Notes: a model not told the origin generated them from the sequence alone. Counted from the first letter of the stretch, positions 1 through 10,280 are shown. The stretch: DNA of 64,000 bases from Wocania sp. (GCA_965224845.1 CBDDAJ010000036.1:32724-96723); one strand, 5' to 3'. Numbers and translations: made by a program.

Positions 1-13
1 AGAACCCAAAATC

Positions 14-973
14 ATGATTAAAAAAATTTCATTTGTAATAATAACTTTAGTGTTAGTAGCATCCTGTGTCTCACCAAAAGTATATAAAGAATTAGAAGGG
101 AAATATGCTAATTTAAAGCAAGAGAACAGAAAGCTTTCGGATGAGAATGAAGCGCTGTTAAATGCTAAAACTGCAGCTGAAAATGAATTAAAGCAAATTC
201 AAATGGCTTATGATGAAGCTGTTGCCGAGCGTGATAAATTACAAGCCGACTATAATGCTGCAAAATCTAATTTAGCAAACTTAAAAGCCTCGTACGATGC
301 TTTAGAGAAAAATAGTTCGGCTTCAATAGCCGAAAATTCTAAGAAAAACAGAGAGCTCTTAGCACAATTAGAAGCCAAAGAGCAAGCTTTAGCAGCAGAA
401 AATGCACGATTAGCAAAGCTAAAAAAAGAGTTAGAAGACCGGTCAAATCGTGTAGCAGAATTAGAAAACGTTATTGCATCAAAGGATGCAGCAATGACAG
501 CGTTAAAAAATGCTATATCTAGAGCGCTAACAGACTTTGAAGGAAAGGGGTTAACTGTTGAACAACGTGACGGAAAAGTATACGTATCTATGGAAAATAA
601 GCTTTTATTTAGCTCAGGAAGCTGGGCTGTTGGAGCAGAAGGCCGAAGAGCCGTAAAACAGTTAGGTGGTGTATTAGGCGATAATCCTGATATTGCCGTT
701 TTAATTGAAGGGCATACCGATAATGCACCGTATAAAGGTAGTGGCAATTTAAGCGGTAACTGGGATTTGTCTACGAAGCGTGCTACGGCAATCGTTAACA
801 TTTTAAGAGAGAACAATAATATAAACCCAGAGAATTTAACAGCAGCTGGTCGTGGTGAGTTTGCACCAATTGCAACAAACGATACTGCCGAAGGCAAAGC
901 AAAAAACAGGCGTATAGAGGTGATTTTAACACCAAAGTTAGATGAGTTGTCTAAATTGTTAAACGATAATTAA
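14..973 (+). CDS. OmpA-family protein with N-terminal signal/coiled-coil region and C-terminal OmpA/MotB peptidoglycan-binding domain
   Basis: ORF track. Hydrophobic N-terminus ending in ASC. Long A/E/K/L/Q-rich coiled-coil-like stretch. C-terminal TDNAPYKGSGNLSGNWDLSTKRA...NRRIEVIL matches the OmpA_C motif pattern. Confidence 0.8.
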   Translation: MIKKISFVIITLVLVASCVSPKVYKELEGKYANLKQENRKLSDENEALLNAKTAAENELKQIQMAYDEAVAERDKLQADYNAAKSNLANLKASYDALEKNSSASIAENSKKNRELLAQLEAKEQALAAENARLAKLKKELEDRSNRVAELENVIASKDAAMTALKNAISRALTDFEGKGLTVEQRDGKVYVSMENKLLFSSGSWAVGAEGRRAVKQLGGVLGDNPDIAVLIEGHTDNAPYKGSGNLSGNWDLSTKRATAIVNILRENNNINPENLTAAGRGEFAPIATNDTAEGKAKNRRIEVILTPKLDELSKLLNDN

Positions 974-1173
974 GCATCGCTTATAGGAGTTTCAATTTAT
1001 TAAAACTGTACTGAAAAGTAAACAGTTCCCTTATTTGAAATGTTTTGGTCTATATCTTTTTACCTCATAGCGGGAGGCACCATGTGGCCCTCATGTTAAA
1101 AGTGTTCACCTTAATTAAAAAAAGATAAAATTTATCCTAAACGCAGTCGAGGAAATGCAATAGCAAACGCATT

Positions 1174-1216
1174 AAAAAAACCTTTCAAGATAAACATGGT
1201 CTTGAAAGGTTTTTTA
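1174..1216. terminator. Rho-independent-type hairpin (cctttcaaga...tcttgaaagg) flanked by A-run and T-run; bidirectional
   Basis: Perfect 10-bp inverted repeat followed by TTTTTT, read directly from the sequence. Confidence 0.6.
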
Positions 1217-1270
1217 TCTTTATCGACTAGTCTAAAAATCTAATTAATCTAACAGTCTAATAATCTATAT

Positions 1271-2308
1271 ATGAAATACACAACACTACCAAATACCGAT
1301 ATAAAAGTTAGTAAAATATGTTTAGGAACCATGACTTGGGGAAATCAAAACTCTCAAGACGAAGGATTTGCTCAAATGGATTATGCATTAGATCAGGGTG
1401 TAAATTTTTTTGATACTGCCGAAATGTATGCCGTTCCTGCAAGCCCGGAAACTTACGGAAGCACCGAAACAATAATAGGACATTGGTTTGCCAAAACAGG
1501 AAATCGTGATAAAGTAGTTTTAGCATCAAAAATAGCGGGTAATGGCGATTATACTGCGCACATTCGCACCAATGGCTTTGCCCCGGAGGCGCTTAAAGAC
1601 GCCGTAAATAATAGTTTAAGACGCTTACAGACCGATTATATAGATTTGTATCAATTACATTGGCCAGAACGCGAAACAAACTATTTTGGGATTAGAGATT
1701 ATAAGCATAACCCCAACGATGTTTGGAGCGATAATTTTAATGAACTACTACATACGCTAGATGGTATCATAAAAGAAGGAAAAATTAAACAGGTAGGTAT
1801 TTCAAACGAAAAAGCATGGGGAACCATGCGCTATCTAGAAGAAGCTAAAGACCATAATTTACCGAGAATGGCAACTATTCAAAATCCATACTCTTTATTG
1901 TGCAGAACTTTTGAAGGGGATTTAGCCGAAGTTTCCATACGTGAAAACGTGGGCTTATTAGCCTATTCGCCAATGGCGTTTGGTGTGCTGTCTGGAAAAT
2001 ATATTAAGAATACAGCAGCAGATAATGCACGTTTAAAATTATTCCCAAGATTTGGTCGTTATACCAATCCGCAAGCTACAGAAGCTACAAAAAAATATTT
2101 AAAAATTGCTGAAGATAATAATATGACTTTAGCTCAAATGAGTTTGGCTTTTGTAACCCAACAACCTTTTGTAACCAGTAATATTATTGGCGCTACCAAT
2201 TTAGAGCAGCTAAAAGAAAATATTGATAGTATTGCTGTTACTTTAAGTGATGCTGTATTAGATCAGATCAATGCTGTGCATGATACGATTCCTAATCCAG
2301 CACCTTGA
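1271..2308 (+). CDS. NADP-dependent aldo/keto reductase (Tas-like)
   Basis: 345 aa. N-terminal IKVSKICLGTMTWG and overall AKR family pattern. Confidence 0.85.
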   Translation: MKYTTLPNTDIKVSKICLGTMTWGNQNSQDEGFAQMDYALDQGVNFFDTAEMYAVPASPETYGSTETIIGHWFAKTGNRDKVVLASKIAGNGDYTAHIRTNGFAPEALKDAVNNSLRRLQTDYIDLYQLHWPERETNYFGIRDYKHNPNDVWSDNFNELLHTLDGIIKEGKIKQVGISNEKAWGTMRYLEEAKDHNLPRMATIQNPYSLLCRTFEGDLAEVSIRENVGLLAYSPMAFGVLSGKYIKNTAADNARLKLFPRFGRYTNPQATEATKKYLKIAEDNNMTLAQMSLAFVTQQPFVTSNIIGATNLEQLKENIDSIAVTLSDAVLDQINAVHDTIPNPAP

Positions 2309-2458
2309 TTAAGATGTTATGAACTTTATGGAGCAAATGTTTACGATAATAATTCTCTTTTGATGAGAGATATAAAAACAGGGAGTAATATTCGTCTATA
2401 ACAAAACGGCAGTTATGGTGATTTAAAAAGAGGAATTGAAACTAAAACCATATAAAAC

Positions 2459-2494
2459 AAAAACGCCTTACTAAACAAATAGTAAGGCGTTTTT
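2459..2494. terminator. Bidirectional hairpin terminator (aaaacgccttacta...tagtaaggcgtttt) between AKR and rng
   Basis: 12-bp inverted repeat flanked by A-run and T-run. Confidence 0.65.
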
Positions 2495-2497
2495 AAA

Positions 2498-4042
2498 TTA
2501 TTTAATTTGATTACCATCTTTATCGAAAAAATGATATTCTAAGTATGTGTAAGCATCTCTTGGTAAAACTTTAACCCATTTTTTGTGTTCAAAAAACCAT
2601 TTTGAACGCACTGATGGAAAACCTTTTGTTAAAAAGGCTGCTATAAAAGGATGTGTGTTTAAAGTCAACTTTTTATAGTCTTTTTTTAATAGTCTTTCAA
2701 GATCTTGTGTTATTTTATGCACCAATCCTATAGGTGCTTCAACCTCTTGTCCATTAACCCCGTTTGGATTTTCTTCACGGGTTTTAATGTTCATTTCGGG
2801 TCGTACACGTTGTCTTGTTATTTGTATCAGTCCAAATTTACTTGGAGGCAATATTTTATGTTTTGCTCTATCGTCCTTCATTTCATCACGAAGGTGATTG
2901 AATAATTTTTGCCTGTTCTCAGCATTGGTCATATCAATAAAATCTACTACTATAATACCACCCATATCACGTAATCGTAATTGACGTGCCATCTCAGTAG
3001 CAGCGATTAAATTTACTTCTAATGCTGTATCCTCTTGACTATTTGCTTTGTTAGATCTGTTACCGCTGTTTACATCTATAACATGTAGCGCTTCGGTATG
3101 TTCTATTACCAAATACGCTCCTTTTGCCATAGAAACGGTTTTACCAAAGGAGGTTTTAATTTGTCTTTCAATTCCAAATTTTTCAAAAATTGGAACTTTA
3201 GACTGATACAATTTAACTATTGATTCTTTTTTTGGTGCAATTTCTTGCACGTAATCTTTAATTTGATAATAAAGCTCTTCATCATCAACAGTAATTCCTG
3301 TAAAAGTGTCGTTAAATATGTCTCGTAAAATCGACGAGGCTTTATTCATTTCTCCTAATACCTTACTGGGGTGATGGGCTCTATGTAGCTTTTTACACAT
3401 TGCTGCCCAACGGCTAAGCAAATTTTGTAAATCTTTATCTAGTTCAGCTACTTTTTTGCCTTGGGCTACCGTACGAATAATGATACCAAAACCTTGCGGT
3501 GTGATACTTTTTACCAAACGTTTTAATCGGTCTTTTTCTGCCTTGTCTTCTATTTTTTGTGAAATAGAAATACGACTGGAAAAAGGAACTAAAACAATAT
3601 ACCTACCTGCTATAGAAAGCTCAGAGCTTATTCTAGGCCCTTTGGTTGATATTGGTTCTTTTACTATTTGTACTAATAGCGATTGATTAGATTTTAAGAC
3701 GTCGGCAATTTTGCCATCTTTCTCAATATCTTTTTCAAATGGAAAGTTTTTTAAAGAAAAATCTTTTAGTTTACCTGTGCTTACACGTTTTGTGAATTTT
3801 AAAAGAGACGGTAGCTTAGGACCTAAATCATGATAATGCAAAAAAGCATCTTTTTCGTAACCTACATTAACAAATGCAGCATTTAGTCCTGGAACAGCTT
3901 TTCGTATTTTGGCTATAAACACATCACCAACCGAAAAGTCGTTACTATCTTCATCTTTCTGTAATTCAATAAGTTTTCCATCTTTTAATAAGGCAAAATC
4001 AACGTCGTCGGAACTAGATCGGATGATCAATTCTTTATCCAT
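2498..4042 (-). CDS. rng: Ribonuclease G/E family (Rne/Rng) endoribonuclease
   Basis: 514 aa. S1-like N-terminal region and a conserved RNase E/G catalytic core pattern (e.g. GGIIVVDFIDM, QITRQRVRPE). Confidence 0.85.
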   Translation of the reverse strand: MDKELIIRSSSDDVDFALLKDGKLIELQKDEDSNDFSVGDVFIAKIRKAVPGLNAAFVNVGYEKDAFLHYHDLGPKLPSLLKFTKRVSTGKLKDFSLKNFPFEKDIEKDGKIADVLKSNQSLLVQIVKEPISTKGPRISSELSIAGRYIVLVPFSSRISISQKIEDKAEKDRLKRLVKSITPQGFGIIIRTVAQGKKVAELDKDLQNLLSRWAAMCKKLHRAHHPSKVLGEMNKASSILRDIFNDTFTGITVDDEELYYQIKDYVQEIAPKKESIVKLYQSKVPIFEKFGIERQIKTSFGKTVSMAKGAYLVIEHTEALHVIDVNSGNRSNKANSQEDTALEVNLIAATEMARQLRLRDMGGIIVVDFIDMTNAENRQKLFNHLRDEMKDDRAKHKILPPSKFGLIQITRQRVRPEMNIKTREENPNGVNGQEVEAPIGLVHKITQDLERLLKKDYKKLTLNTHPFIAAFLTKGFPSVRSKWFFEHKKWVKVLPRDAYTYLEYHFFDKDGNQIK

Positions 4043-4309
4043 TTAGTTAATTTTTATCCATACACTCTAGTTAGTAGTTAATAGTTAAAGTTGAAGTTGA
4101 AATTTTTCTAGAAATACAACCAGCAACTAATAGCAAGCAACCAGCAACCAAATTATACAGATGGATTATACATTATTTTTTATCACAGGATTTTTAAATC
4201 TGTGGAGTTCAAAATACACCAAAAGGTGCTAAAAAATTAATGAACTCATTTCAAAGAACTTGTTGTTTTTAAAACCGAAAAAAGTAGCTAATCTAACTAC
4301 TTTTTTGGT

Positions 4310-4402
4310 TTATTTTTTCTTTTTGTGACGGTTAGCGCGTCTACGTTTTTTACGTTTGTGCGTCGCTACCTTATGTCTTTTGCGTTTTTTACCACTTGGC
4401 AT
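4310..4402 (-). CDS. Tiny (30 aa) extremely basic peptide ORF (MPSGKKRKRHKVATHKRKKRRRANRHKKKK), below the ORF-track cutoff
   Basis: Hand-translated from the minus strand; ATG at 4402, TAA at 4310-4312. Sits between rng and hup. The composition resembles small ribosome-associated basic peptides. Function unverified. Confidence 0.3.
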   Translation of the reverse strand: MPSGKKRKRHKVATHKRKKRRRANRHKKKK

Positions 4403-4444
4403 AAATAGTGTCTTTTTAAATTAATAATTCGTTTAACGCTCTCT

Positions 4445-4735
4445 TTATTTAACGTCTACATTCGTTTTAACGCCTTCTACAAAAACTTTTGCAGGCTTAA
4501 ATGCAGGAATATTATGAGCAGGTATTTTAATCGTTGTATTTTTTGAAATATTTCTTCCTGTTTTTTCTGCTCTTGTTTTAATAATAAAGCTTCCAAAACC
4601 TCTTAAGTACACATTATCACCACTTTCTAATGATGTTTTTACTTCTTCCATAAATGTTTCAACAGTTGCTTGAACATCACCTTTTTCAATTCCTAATTTC
4701 TCAGAAATTTTTGCTACTAAATCAGCCTTCGTCAT
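4445..4735 (-). CDS. hup: HU-family DNA-binding protein
   Basis: 96 aa. MTKADLVAKISEK...GDNVYLRGFGSF...PAHNIPAFKPAK follows the HU/IHF fold pattern. Confidence 0.9.
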   Translation of the reverse strand: MTKADLVAKISEKLGIEKGDVQATVETFMEEVKTSLESGDNVYLRGFGSFIIKTRAEKTGRNISKNTTIKIPAHNIPAFKPAKVFVEGVKTNVDVK

Positions 4736-4874
4736 TTTTAATATTTTATTTTTAGTTACTATTATAGATTATAAAAGGGATGCAAATATAGGAATTTAAT
4801 ATTCAATATTTCAAACCTAATTCATTAAAATTTAAGATTATAAACGTTTATTTTTGTTTGCACTATTTAACTAA

Positions 4875-5918
4875 TTGATGATATTTACAAAAACAGTAAC
4901 CCACTGGTATTCAAATAATAAGAGAATATTGCCATGGAGACAAACTAAAGACCCTTATTATATATGGTTGTCTGAAATTATTTTACAACAAACTCAAGTG
5001 AAGCAAGGGTTACCTTATTACGAAGCCTTTGTTAGTAAATACCCAACAATTTTTGATTTAGCAAAAGCCAATGAAAGCGATGTGCTAAAATTATGGCAGG
5101 GACTGGGTTATTATTCCCGGGCTAGAAATTTGCATGCTACATCAAAACATATTGTTGAGGCGTTAAATGGAACGTTTCCTGCCAGTTACAAAGAATTATT
5201 AAAATTAAAAGGTGTTGGTGATTATACTGCCAGTGCTATGGCATCTATTTGCTTTAACGAAATAACCGCTGTAGTTGATGGTAATGTGTATCGTGTGCTA
5301 TCGAGATATTTTGAAATTGATACCCCTATTAATTCATCAAAAGGAGCAAAAGAATTTAAAGCTTTAGCTCAAAAATTAATTGACAAAAAAAATCCAGCTG
5401 AATTCAATCAGGCCATTATGGAATTTGGTGCTGTACAATGCCGACCTAAAAACCCAGATTGTAACGCTTGTCCATTACAAGATGGATGCCTCGCTTTTAA
5501 TAAAAACAGAGTTGATAAATTACCAGTTAAAATCAAATCTGCTAAAGCAAAAAAGAAACATTTTAATTTTTTAGTATTCATTTCAAAAGACCAGAAAACA
5601 ATTTTAGAAAAACGAAAAGGTAAAGGTATCTGGCAAAACCTATATCAATTCCCATTGGTAGAAACGAGTAAAGAACAAAGCTACGGCTCTTTTAAAAAAC
5701 ATATCCAATCACATCATTTATTAAATAAAGTTGTTTTTAACTTGTCCTTATATAATAAGGATGCCATTATTCATAAATTATCACATCAACATCTATACAC
5801 CAAATTTTGGATTGTTAATACAGATGAGTTATTGATTGAAGGGGTTTCGCTTGAAAAAATTCACGATTTTCCAGTACCTATTATTATTGGCAATTTTATT
5901 GATGCATTTAACTTCTAA
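4875..5918 (+). CDS. mutY: A/G-specific adenine DNA glycosylase MutY
   Basis: HhH-GPD region (LPGVGDYTASAM...), 4Fe-4S cysteine motif CRPKNPDCNACPLQDGC, C-terminal NUDIX-like domain. Confidence 0.85.
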   Translation: MMIFTKTVTHWYSNNKRILPWRQTKDPYYIWLSEIILQQTQVKQGLPYYEAFVSKYPTIFDLAKANESDVLKLWQGLGYYSRARNLHATSKHIVEALNGTFPASYKELLKLKGVGDYTASAMASICFNEITAVVDGNVYRVLSRYFEIDTPINSSKGAKEFKALAQKLIDKKNPAEFNQAIMEFGAVQCRPKNPDCNACPLQDGCLAFNKNRVDKLPVKIKSAKAKKKHFNFLVFISKDQKTILEKRKGKGIWQNLYQFPLVETSKEQSYGSFKKHIQSHHLLNKVVFNLSLYNKDAIIHKLSHQHLYTKFWIVNTDELLIEGVSLEKIHDFPVPIIIGNFIDAFNF

Positions 5919-6115
5919 GCCATTCTTAAACACGGAGCGTCTGGGTTGCTGATTGGGATTGTTTTTTCGAGGTTTCAGGAACCTGTTAAAAGGCAAGTAT
6001 TTATTTTAAAAAATTCTACATTTTTAATCGATACATACTAACAATCATATTTTTTTATTAATTTTAAGTTTATCAAAAGCAAAAGAGTAATTTTGCATTA
6101 ATAAAATAAAAAACT

Positions 6116-6553
6116 ATGTCTGGAACATTAAATAAAGTAATGCTTATTGGGCATTTAGGGGATGAAGTAAAAATGCATTACTTTGAAGGCGGTGGATGCA
6201 TTGGGCGGTTTCCGTTGGCTACAAACGAAACTTATACGAGCAAACAAACAAACGAACGTATCACAAATACCGAATGGCATAATATTGTAGTGCGTAATAA
6301 AGGCGCCGAAATTTGCGAAAAATATTTAAGTAAAGGAGATAAAGTTTATATTGAAGGCAGATTAAAAACCAGAAAGTGGCAAGACGATAAAGGCGCCGAT
6401 AGATATTCAACCGAAATTCATTGCACCGATTTCACGTTTTTATCAACTAAAAAAGAAAGTGAAAATAATAATGCTGCAGCTCAAGCGCCTGTAGCTAAAC
6501 CATCTGAAGAAACGAAACCTGTTGGCGAAGAAAATGACGACCTTCCGTTTTAA
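6116..6553 (+). CDS. ssb: Single-stranded DNA-binding protein
   Basis: OB-fold N-terminus (NKVMLIGHLGDEV). Acidic tail ends in DDLPF. Confidence 0.9.
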   Translation: MSGTLNKVMLIGHLGDEVKMHYFEGGGCIGRFPLATNETYTSKQTNERITNTEWHNIVVRNKGAEICEKYLSKGDKVYIEGRLKTRKWQDDKGADRYSTEIHCTDFTFLSTKKESENNNAAAQAPVAKPSEETKPVGEENDDLPF

Positions 6554-6612
6554 TACTAAGAAAACTTATCGATCTGCATATCGATGCCTATGTTTAACTA
6601 ATACTTTGGTAA

Positions 6613-7917
6613 TTGGACCCTGACCCCACGAGTTTTATATCATTACTTATAGCAATTGATTTTTCAGTTGTTAGTGGTTTTGCTTTGTTGTTTTTACTTT
6701 TAATTTGTTCTGCACTAATTTCTGGTGCCGAAGTAGCATTGTTTTCACTAACCAGAACTGATATTGAAGAAGGATTAGAAGCAAGATCTAAACGTATTCA
6801 AATTATTGCAAAGCTTTTAGAGCATCCCAAAAAATTACTTGCCACCATATTAGTATCTAACAATTTTATTAATATCGCTATTGTACTTTTGTTTGCTTAT
6901 TTAGGCAGCAATATGTTTGAATCGATTACCTCACCTATCTTGAAATTTACTATAGAGGTAATAATTGTAACCTTTCTTATTTTATTATTTGGAGAAATAT
7001 TACCCAAAATTTATGCGAGCAGAAATAAGTTAAAGTTTGCTTCTTTTATGGCCTATCCTTTACGCATTTTGGATGTATTACTTACACCTATTAGTATGCC
7101 AATGCGAGGTGTTACCATGGCTATTCATAAAAAACTAGGCAGGCAAAAATCTAATTTAAGTGTCGATCAATTATCGCAGGCTTTAGAACTTACAAGTGAA
7201 CATGATACAACCAAAGAAGAACAAAAAATATTGCAAGGTATTGTATCCTTTGGAAATACAGATACTAAACAAGTTATGCGACCACGCATAGATATTTTTG
7301 CACTTAATATAGAGCAAAAATATGCCGAAATCATGCCAGAAATCATAGCTAATGGCTATTCTAGAATTCCGGTTTTTAGAGACAATATTGATACTATTGA
7401 AGGCATCTTGTATGTAAAGGATTTATTGCCTTATATTGACAGAAAGCAATTTGATTGGCCTACATTATTACGGGAACCTTTTTTTGTGCCAGAAAACAAA
7501 AAACTGGACGACTTAATGACGGAGTTTCAAGACAAAAAAGTACACTTAGCTGTTGTTGTTGATGAATATGGCGGGACTTCCGGATTGATTTCTTTAGAAG
7601 ATATTATTGAAGAAATTGTTGGTGATATTAGTGATGAGTTTGACGACGAAGATTTGATGTACTCAAAACTGGATGATAATAACTACGTGTTTGAAGGTAA
7701 AACAGCATTAAAAGATTTTTATAAAGTTATTAAGGTTGAAGACGATACGGTTTTTGAGTCCCATAAAGGTGAAGCCGAAACCATTGCTGGATTTGTATTA
7801 GAAATATCAAAAAGCTTTCCTAAAATAAATAGTAAAATAAATTTTGAAAATTACGTTTTCACTATTGAAGCTTTAGATAAAAAACGTATTAAGCGCATTA
7901 AATTAACGAGAACTTAA
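6613..7917 (+). CDS. gldE: Gliding-motility protein GldE (CorC/HlyC-type CBS-domain membrane protein)
   Basis: DUF21 transmembrane N-terminus, CBS pair, CorC_HlyC C-terminus. Context mutY-ssb-gldE-gldD matches the Flavobacterium johnsoniae arrangement. Confidence 0.8.
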   Translation: MDPDPTSFISLLIAIDFSVVSGFALLFLLLICSALISGAEVALFSLTRTDIEEGLEARSKRIQIIAKLLEHPKKLLATILVSNNFINIAIVLLFAYLGSNMFESITSPILKFTIEVIIVTFLILLFGEILPKIYASRNKLKFASFMAYPLRILDVLLTPISMPMRGVTMAIHKKLGRQKSNLSVDQLSQALELTSEHDTTKEEQKILQGIVSFGNTDTKQVMRPRIDIFALNIEQKYAEIMPEIIANGYSRIPVFRDNIDTIEGILYVKDLLPYIDRKQFDWPTLLREPFFVPENKKLDDLMTEFQDKKVHLAVVVDEYGGTSGLISLEDIIEEIVGDISDEFDDEDLMYSKLDDNNYVFEGKTALKDFYKVIKVEDDTVFESHKGEAETIAGFVLEISKSFPKINSKINFENYVFTIEALDKKRIKRIKLTRT

Positions 7918-8504
7918 TGAACAAGAATTTTTATGTATTAATCCTAATATCGGTTTTCCTGTCTTGTGGAGAAAGTTATGTGCCAAAGCCAAAAGGGTAT
8001 TTGAGATTAGATTACCCTAAGGCTAATTACAAGCAAGTTGATGATTATTTAAACTTACCATTTTCTTTTGAAACCAACACACTGGCTTCAAAGATTGAAT
8101 CAAAACCTATTAATGCTACAACAAATAGTTATGGCATTAATTTAAAATACCCATCGCTAAAAGGGACTATTTTTTTAACTTATAAAGCAGTAGATGGTAG
8201 CAAAAAAAACTTAATTGATTTTATAAGAGATGCAGAAAAGCTAACTTTTGAACATACTATTAAAGCAGATGAAATTCCGGTTGACATATATGAAAACAAA
8301 GCGCGTAAAGTTTATGGCAAGTTTTCAGAGGTAAAAGGAAATGTAGCATCACCAGCACAATTTTATGTAACAGACAGCATCAACCATTTTATAACAGGAT
8401 CATTGTATTTTTACGCAAAACCCAATTACGACTCGATACTTCCTGCTGCAAATTATTTGCAAAAAGATATGAAACACATTATGGAAACAATGATGTGGAA
8501 ATAA
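7917..8504 (+). CDS. gldD: Gliding-motility lipoprotein GldD
   Basis: Start codon overlaps the gldE stop. Lipoprotein signal (ILISVFLSCGESY). Size and position match GldD. Confidence 0.7.
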   Translation: MNKNFYVLILISVFLSCGESYVPKPKGYLRLDYPKANYKQVDDYLNLPFSFETNTLASKIESKPINATTNSYGINLKYPSLKGTIFLTYKAVDGSKKNLIDFIRDAEKLTFEHTIKADEIPVDIYENKARKVYGKFSEVKGNVASPAQFYVTDSINHFITGSLYFYAKPNYDSILPAANYLQKDMKHIMETMMWK

Positions 8505-8533
8505 AAAAGCTTCTCAATTTTGAGAAGCTTTTA
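8505..8533. terminator. Bidirectional hairpin terminator (aaaagcttctcaa..ttgagaagctttt)
   Basis: 13-bp perfect inverted repeat with A/T-run flanks. Confidence 0.7.
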
Positions 8534-8554
8534 AAAGTAAATCATTTTTAAAAA

Positions 8555-9061
8555 TTAAGCCTTAGATTTTTCAGTGCAACAAGCCTTTTTACAATCGGCA
8601 GCACATGCCTTTTTCTCGGCATCAGTTTTATTAGCACAACACGCTTTAGTGCAATTGGCAGCACATGCTTTTTCTGCAGAAAACCCTTCAACCGTTTTCA
8701 TATCGCTAACTTTATAAATATCGGCAACTTTAGTTACGGTTTCTTCAAGAGAAATTGGTGTAACTTTAGCCTCATTATATTCAACCATAGCTAGTTTTCT
8801 GTCAAAATCTACTTTAGCAGATTTTACACCTTCCATTTTTGCTATTTTTTTCTCAATGGTTTTTGCGCATCCAATTTCGCAGGTCATACCATCAATAGTA
8901 AATTCTGCTTTTGCATATGTAGCATTAGGATCTAAAGTTTTTTCAGTAACAGCCTCATTTTCAACAGCAACAGTTTTAACTTCAGGCTTAGCTTCATTTT
9001 TACAATTTAAAGCAAAAAGTGTTATTAATGTAATCGCTATAATATTTTTAAATGTCTTCAT
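8555..9061 (-). CDS. Heavy-metal-associated (HMA) domain lipoprotein with Cys-rich C-terminal tandem repeat
   Basis: Signal/lipobox (LFALNC). HMA motif GMTCEIGCAKTIEK. C-terminal repeats ACAANCTKACCA / ACAADCKKACCT. Confidence 0.7.
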   Translation of the reverse strand: MKTFKNIIAITLITLFALNCKNEAKPEVKTVAVENEAVTEKTLDPNATYAKAEFTIDGMTCEIGCAKTIEKKIAKMEGVKSAKVDFDRKLAMVEYNEAKVTPISLEETVTKVADIYKVSDMKTVEGFSAEKACAANCTKACCANKTDAEKKACAADCKKACCTEKSKA

Positions 9062-9153
9062 TATTTTAAAGTATTATGTTCTCTACAAAACTACTAAATA
9101 ATGCTGTTTATTGCACAAAAAAGTAGACTTTTGTGATTCTTAAAACAGCATAG

Positions 9154-10032
9154 GTGAGCAATATCAATTTAAAATGGGCGTATCTATTTATACTTTCGTT
9201 AGTTTGGGGTAGCTCGTTTATATTAATTAAAAAAGCACTTTTAGGCTTAACCCCATATCAACTGGGGGCTTTAAGAGTTATTATAACAGGTTTGTTTTTA
9301 TTTGCTATAGGATATAAAACTATAAAAACGATAAAACCTAAAGACTGGAAATGGTTAATAATTTCTGGGTTTCTCGGTACTTTTATTCCAGCTTTTTTCT
9401 TTGCTATTGCAGAAACCGAAATAGATAGCGCAGTAGTTTCTATTTTAAATTCGTTAGTACCTTTAAATACTATTTTGTTAGGCTTCGCCATTTTTAAAAT
9501 AACTTCAACAAAACGACAAATACTAGGTGTAATTGTTGGCTTTATTGGAACCGCGATATTAATTTTAAAAGGGGCTCATTTAAACCCTAATCAAAATTAC
9601 TTATATGCCATTTTTGTTATGCTGTCTACCATCATGTATGCTATCAATGTTAATATAATAAAGAAGCATTTGCAACATGTAAAACCATTAACTATAGCAA
9701 CAGGTAATTTTGCAGCCATAGTTATTCCTGGTGTTATAGTGTTATTGTTTACAGATTTCTTTTCAAAAACAACATTTAATAATCCTAATTTTAAAATGGC
9801 AATGGTATACATTACTATTTTATCCCTTTTTGGTACAGCTATAGCAAAAATATTGTTTAATAAGTTAGTCCATCTTTCAACACCGGTTTTCGCTTCGTCT
9901 GTTACTTATATTATGCCAGTTGTAGCTTTAATGTGGGGGTTTATTGATGGTGAAAGCTTTAGTTTTCTACAAGGCTTGGCCAGCTTAATTATCTTATTTG
10001 GTGTCTATTTATCTCATAAACGAAACGGATAA
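9154..10032 (+). CDS. EamA/DMT-superfamily transporter
   Basis: 292 aa, about 10 TM segments. Two EamA-like halves. Confidence 0.7.
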   Translation: MSNINLKWAYLFILSLVWGSSFILIKKALLGLTPYQLGALRVIITGLFLFAIGYKTIKTIKPKDWKWLIISGFLGTFIPAFFFAIAETEIDSAVVSILNSLVPLNTILLGFAIFKITSTKRQILGVIVGFIGTAILILKGAHLNPNQNYLYAIFVMLSTIMYAINVNIIKKHLQHVKPLTIATGNFAAIVIPGVIVLLFTDFFSKTTFNNPNFKMAMVYITILSLFGTAIAKILFNKLVHLSTPVFASSVTYIMPVVALMWGFIDGESFSFLQGLASLIILFGVYLSHKRNG

Positions 10033-10280
10033 TTTTATATAACAATCTTAAAATGAGGGATTTATTTTAAAAAAACTTTATCAGAAATTATTTTAAATCA
10101 ATTTTTTTTACGAAATTTAAGAACCTAATAAGTAAGTTTTGCGTTGAAACTTAACATAAATCTATTCTAAACTTCCTAAATTATATATAGTACATGACAC
10201 AATTTTAATATGAGGGCATCATGTTTTACAGAAGCTCTCCGTTTTTTAATTAATATTTAGTAATTAAAAGATTTAAGCAG

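Noticed and set aside
250-897. ORFs antisense to or nested inside confident genes. Examples: 250-897(-), 1308-1529(-), 2705-2905(+), 3456-3686(+), 5380-5574(+), 8856-9101(+), 9258-9491(-), 9597-9812(-), 16333-16515(-), 19180-19476(+), 21666-21947(+), 23194-23406(-), 24401-24625(-), 25208-25396(-), 28327-28509(+), 31154-31339(-), 32136-32330(-), 32384-32863(-), 33968-34171(-), 35697-35891(+), 36132-36389(-), 36498-36815(-), 37003-37314(-), 39337-39558(-), 42461-42646(+), 44639-44863(+), 48103-48306(-), 61944-62216(+), 63314-63577(-).
   Set aside because: They lie fully within well-supported CDSs on the opposite strand or in another frame. Their compositions are low-complexity. No motifs. Typical shadow ORFs in AT-rich DNA.
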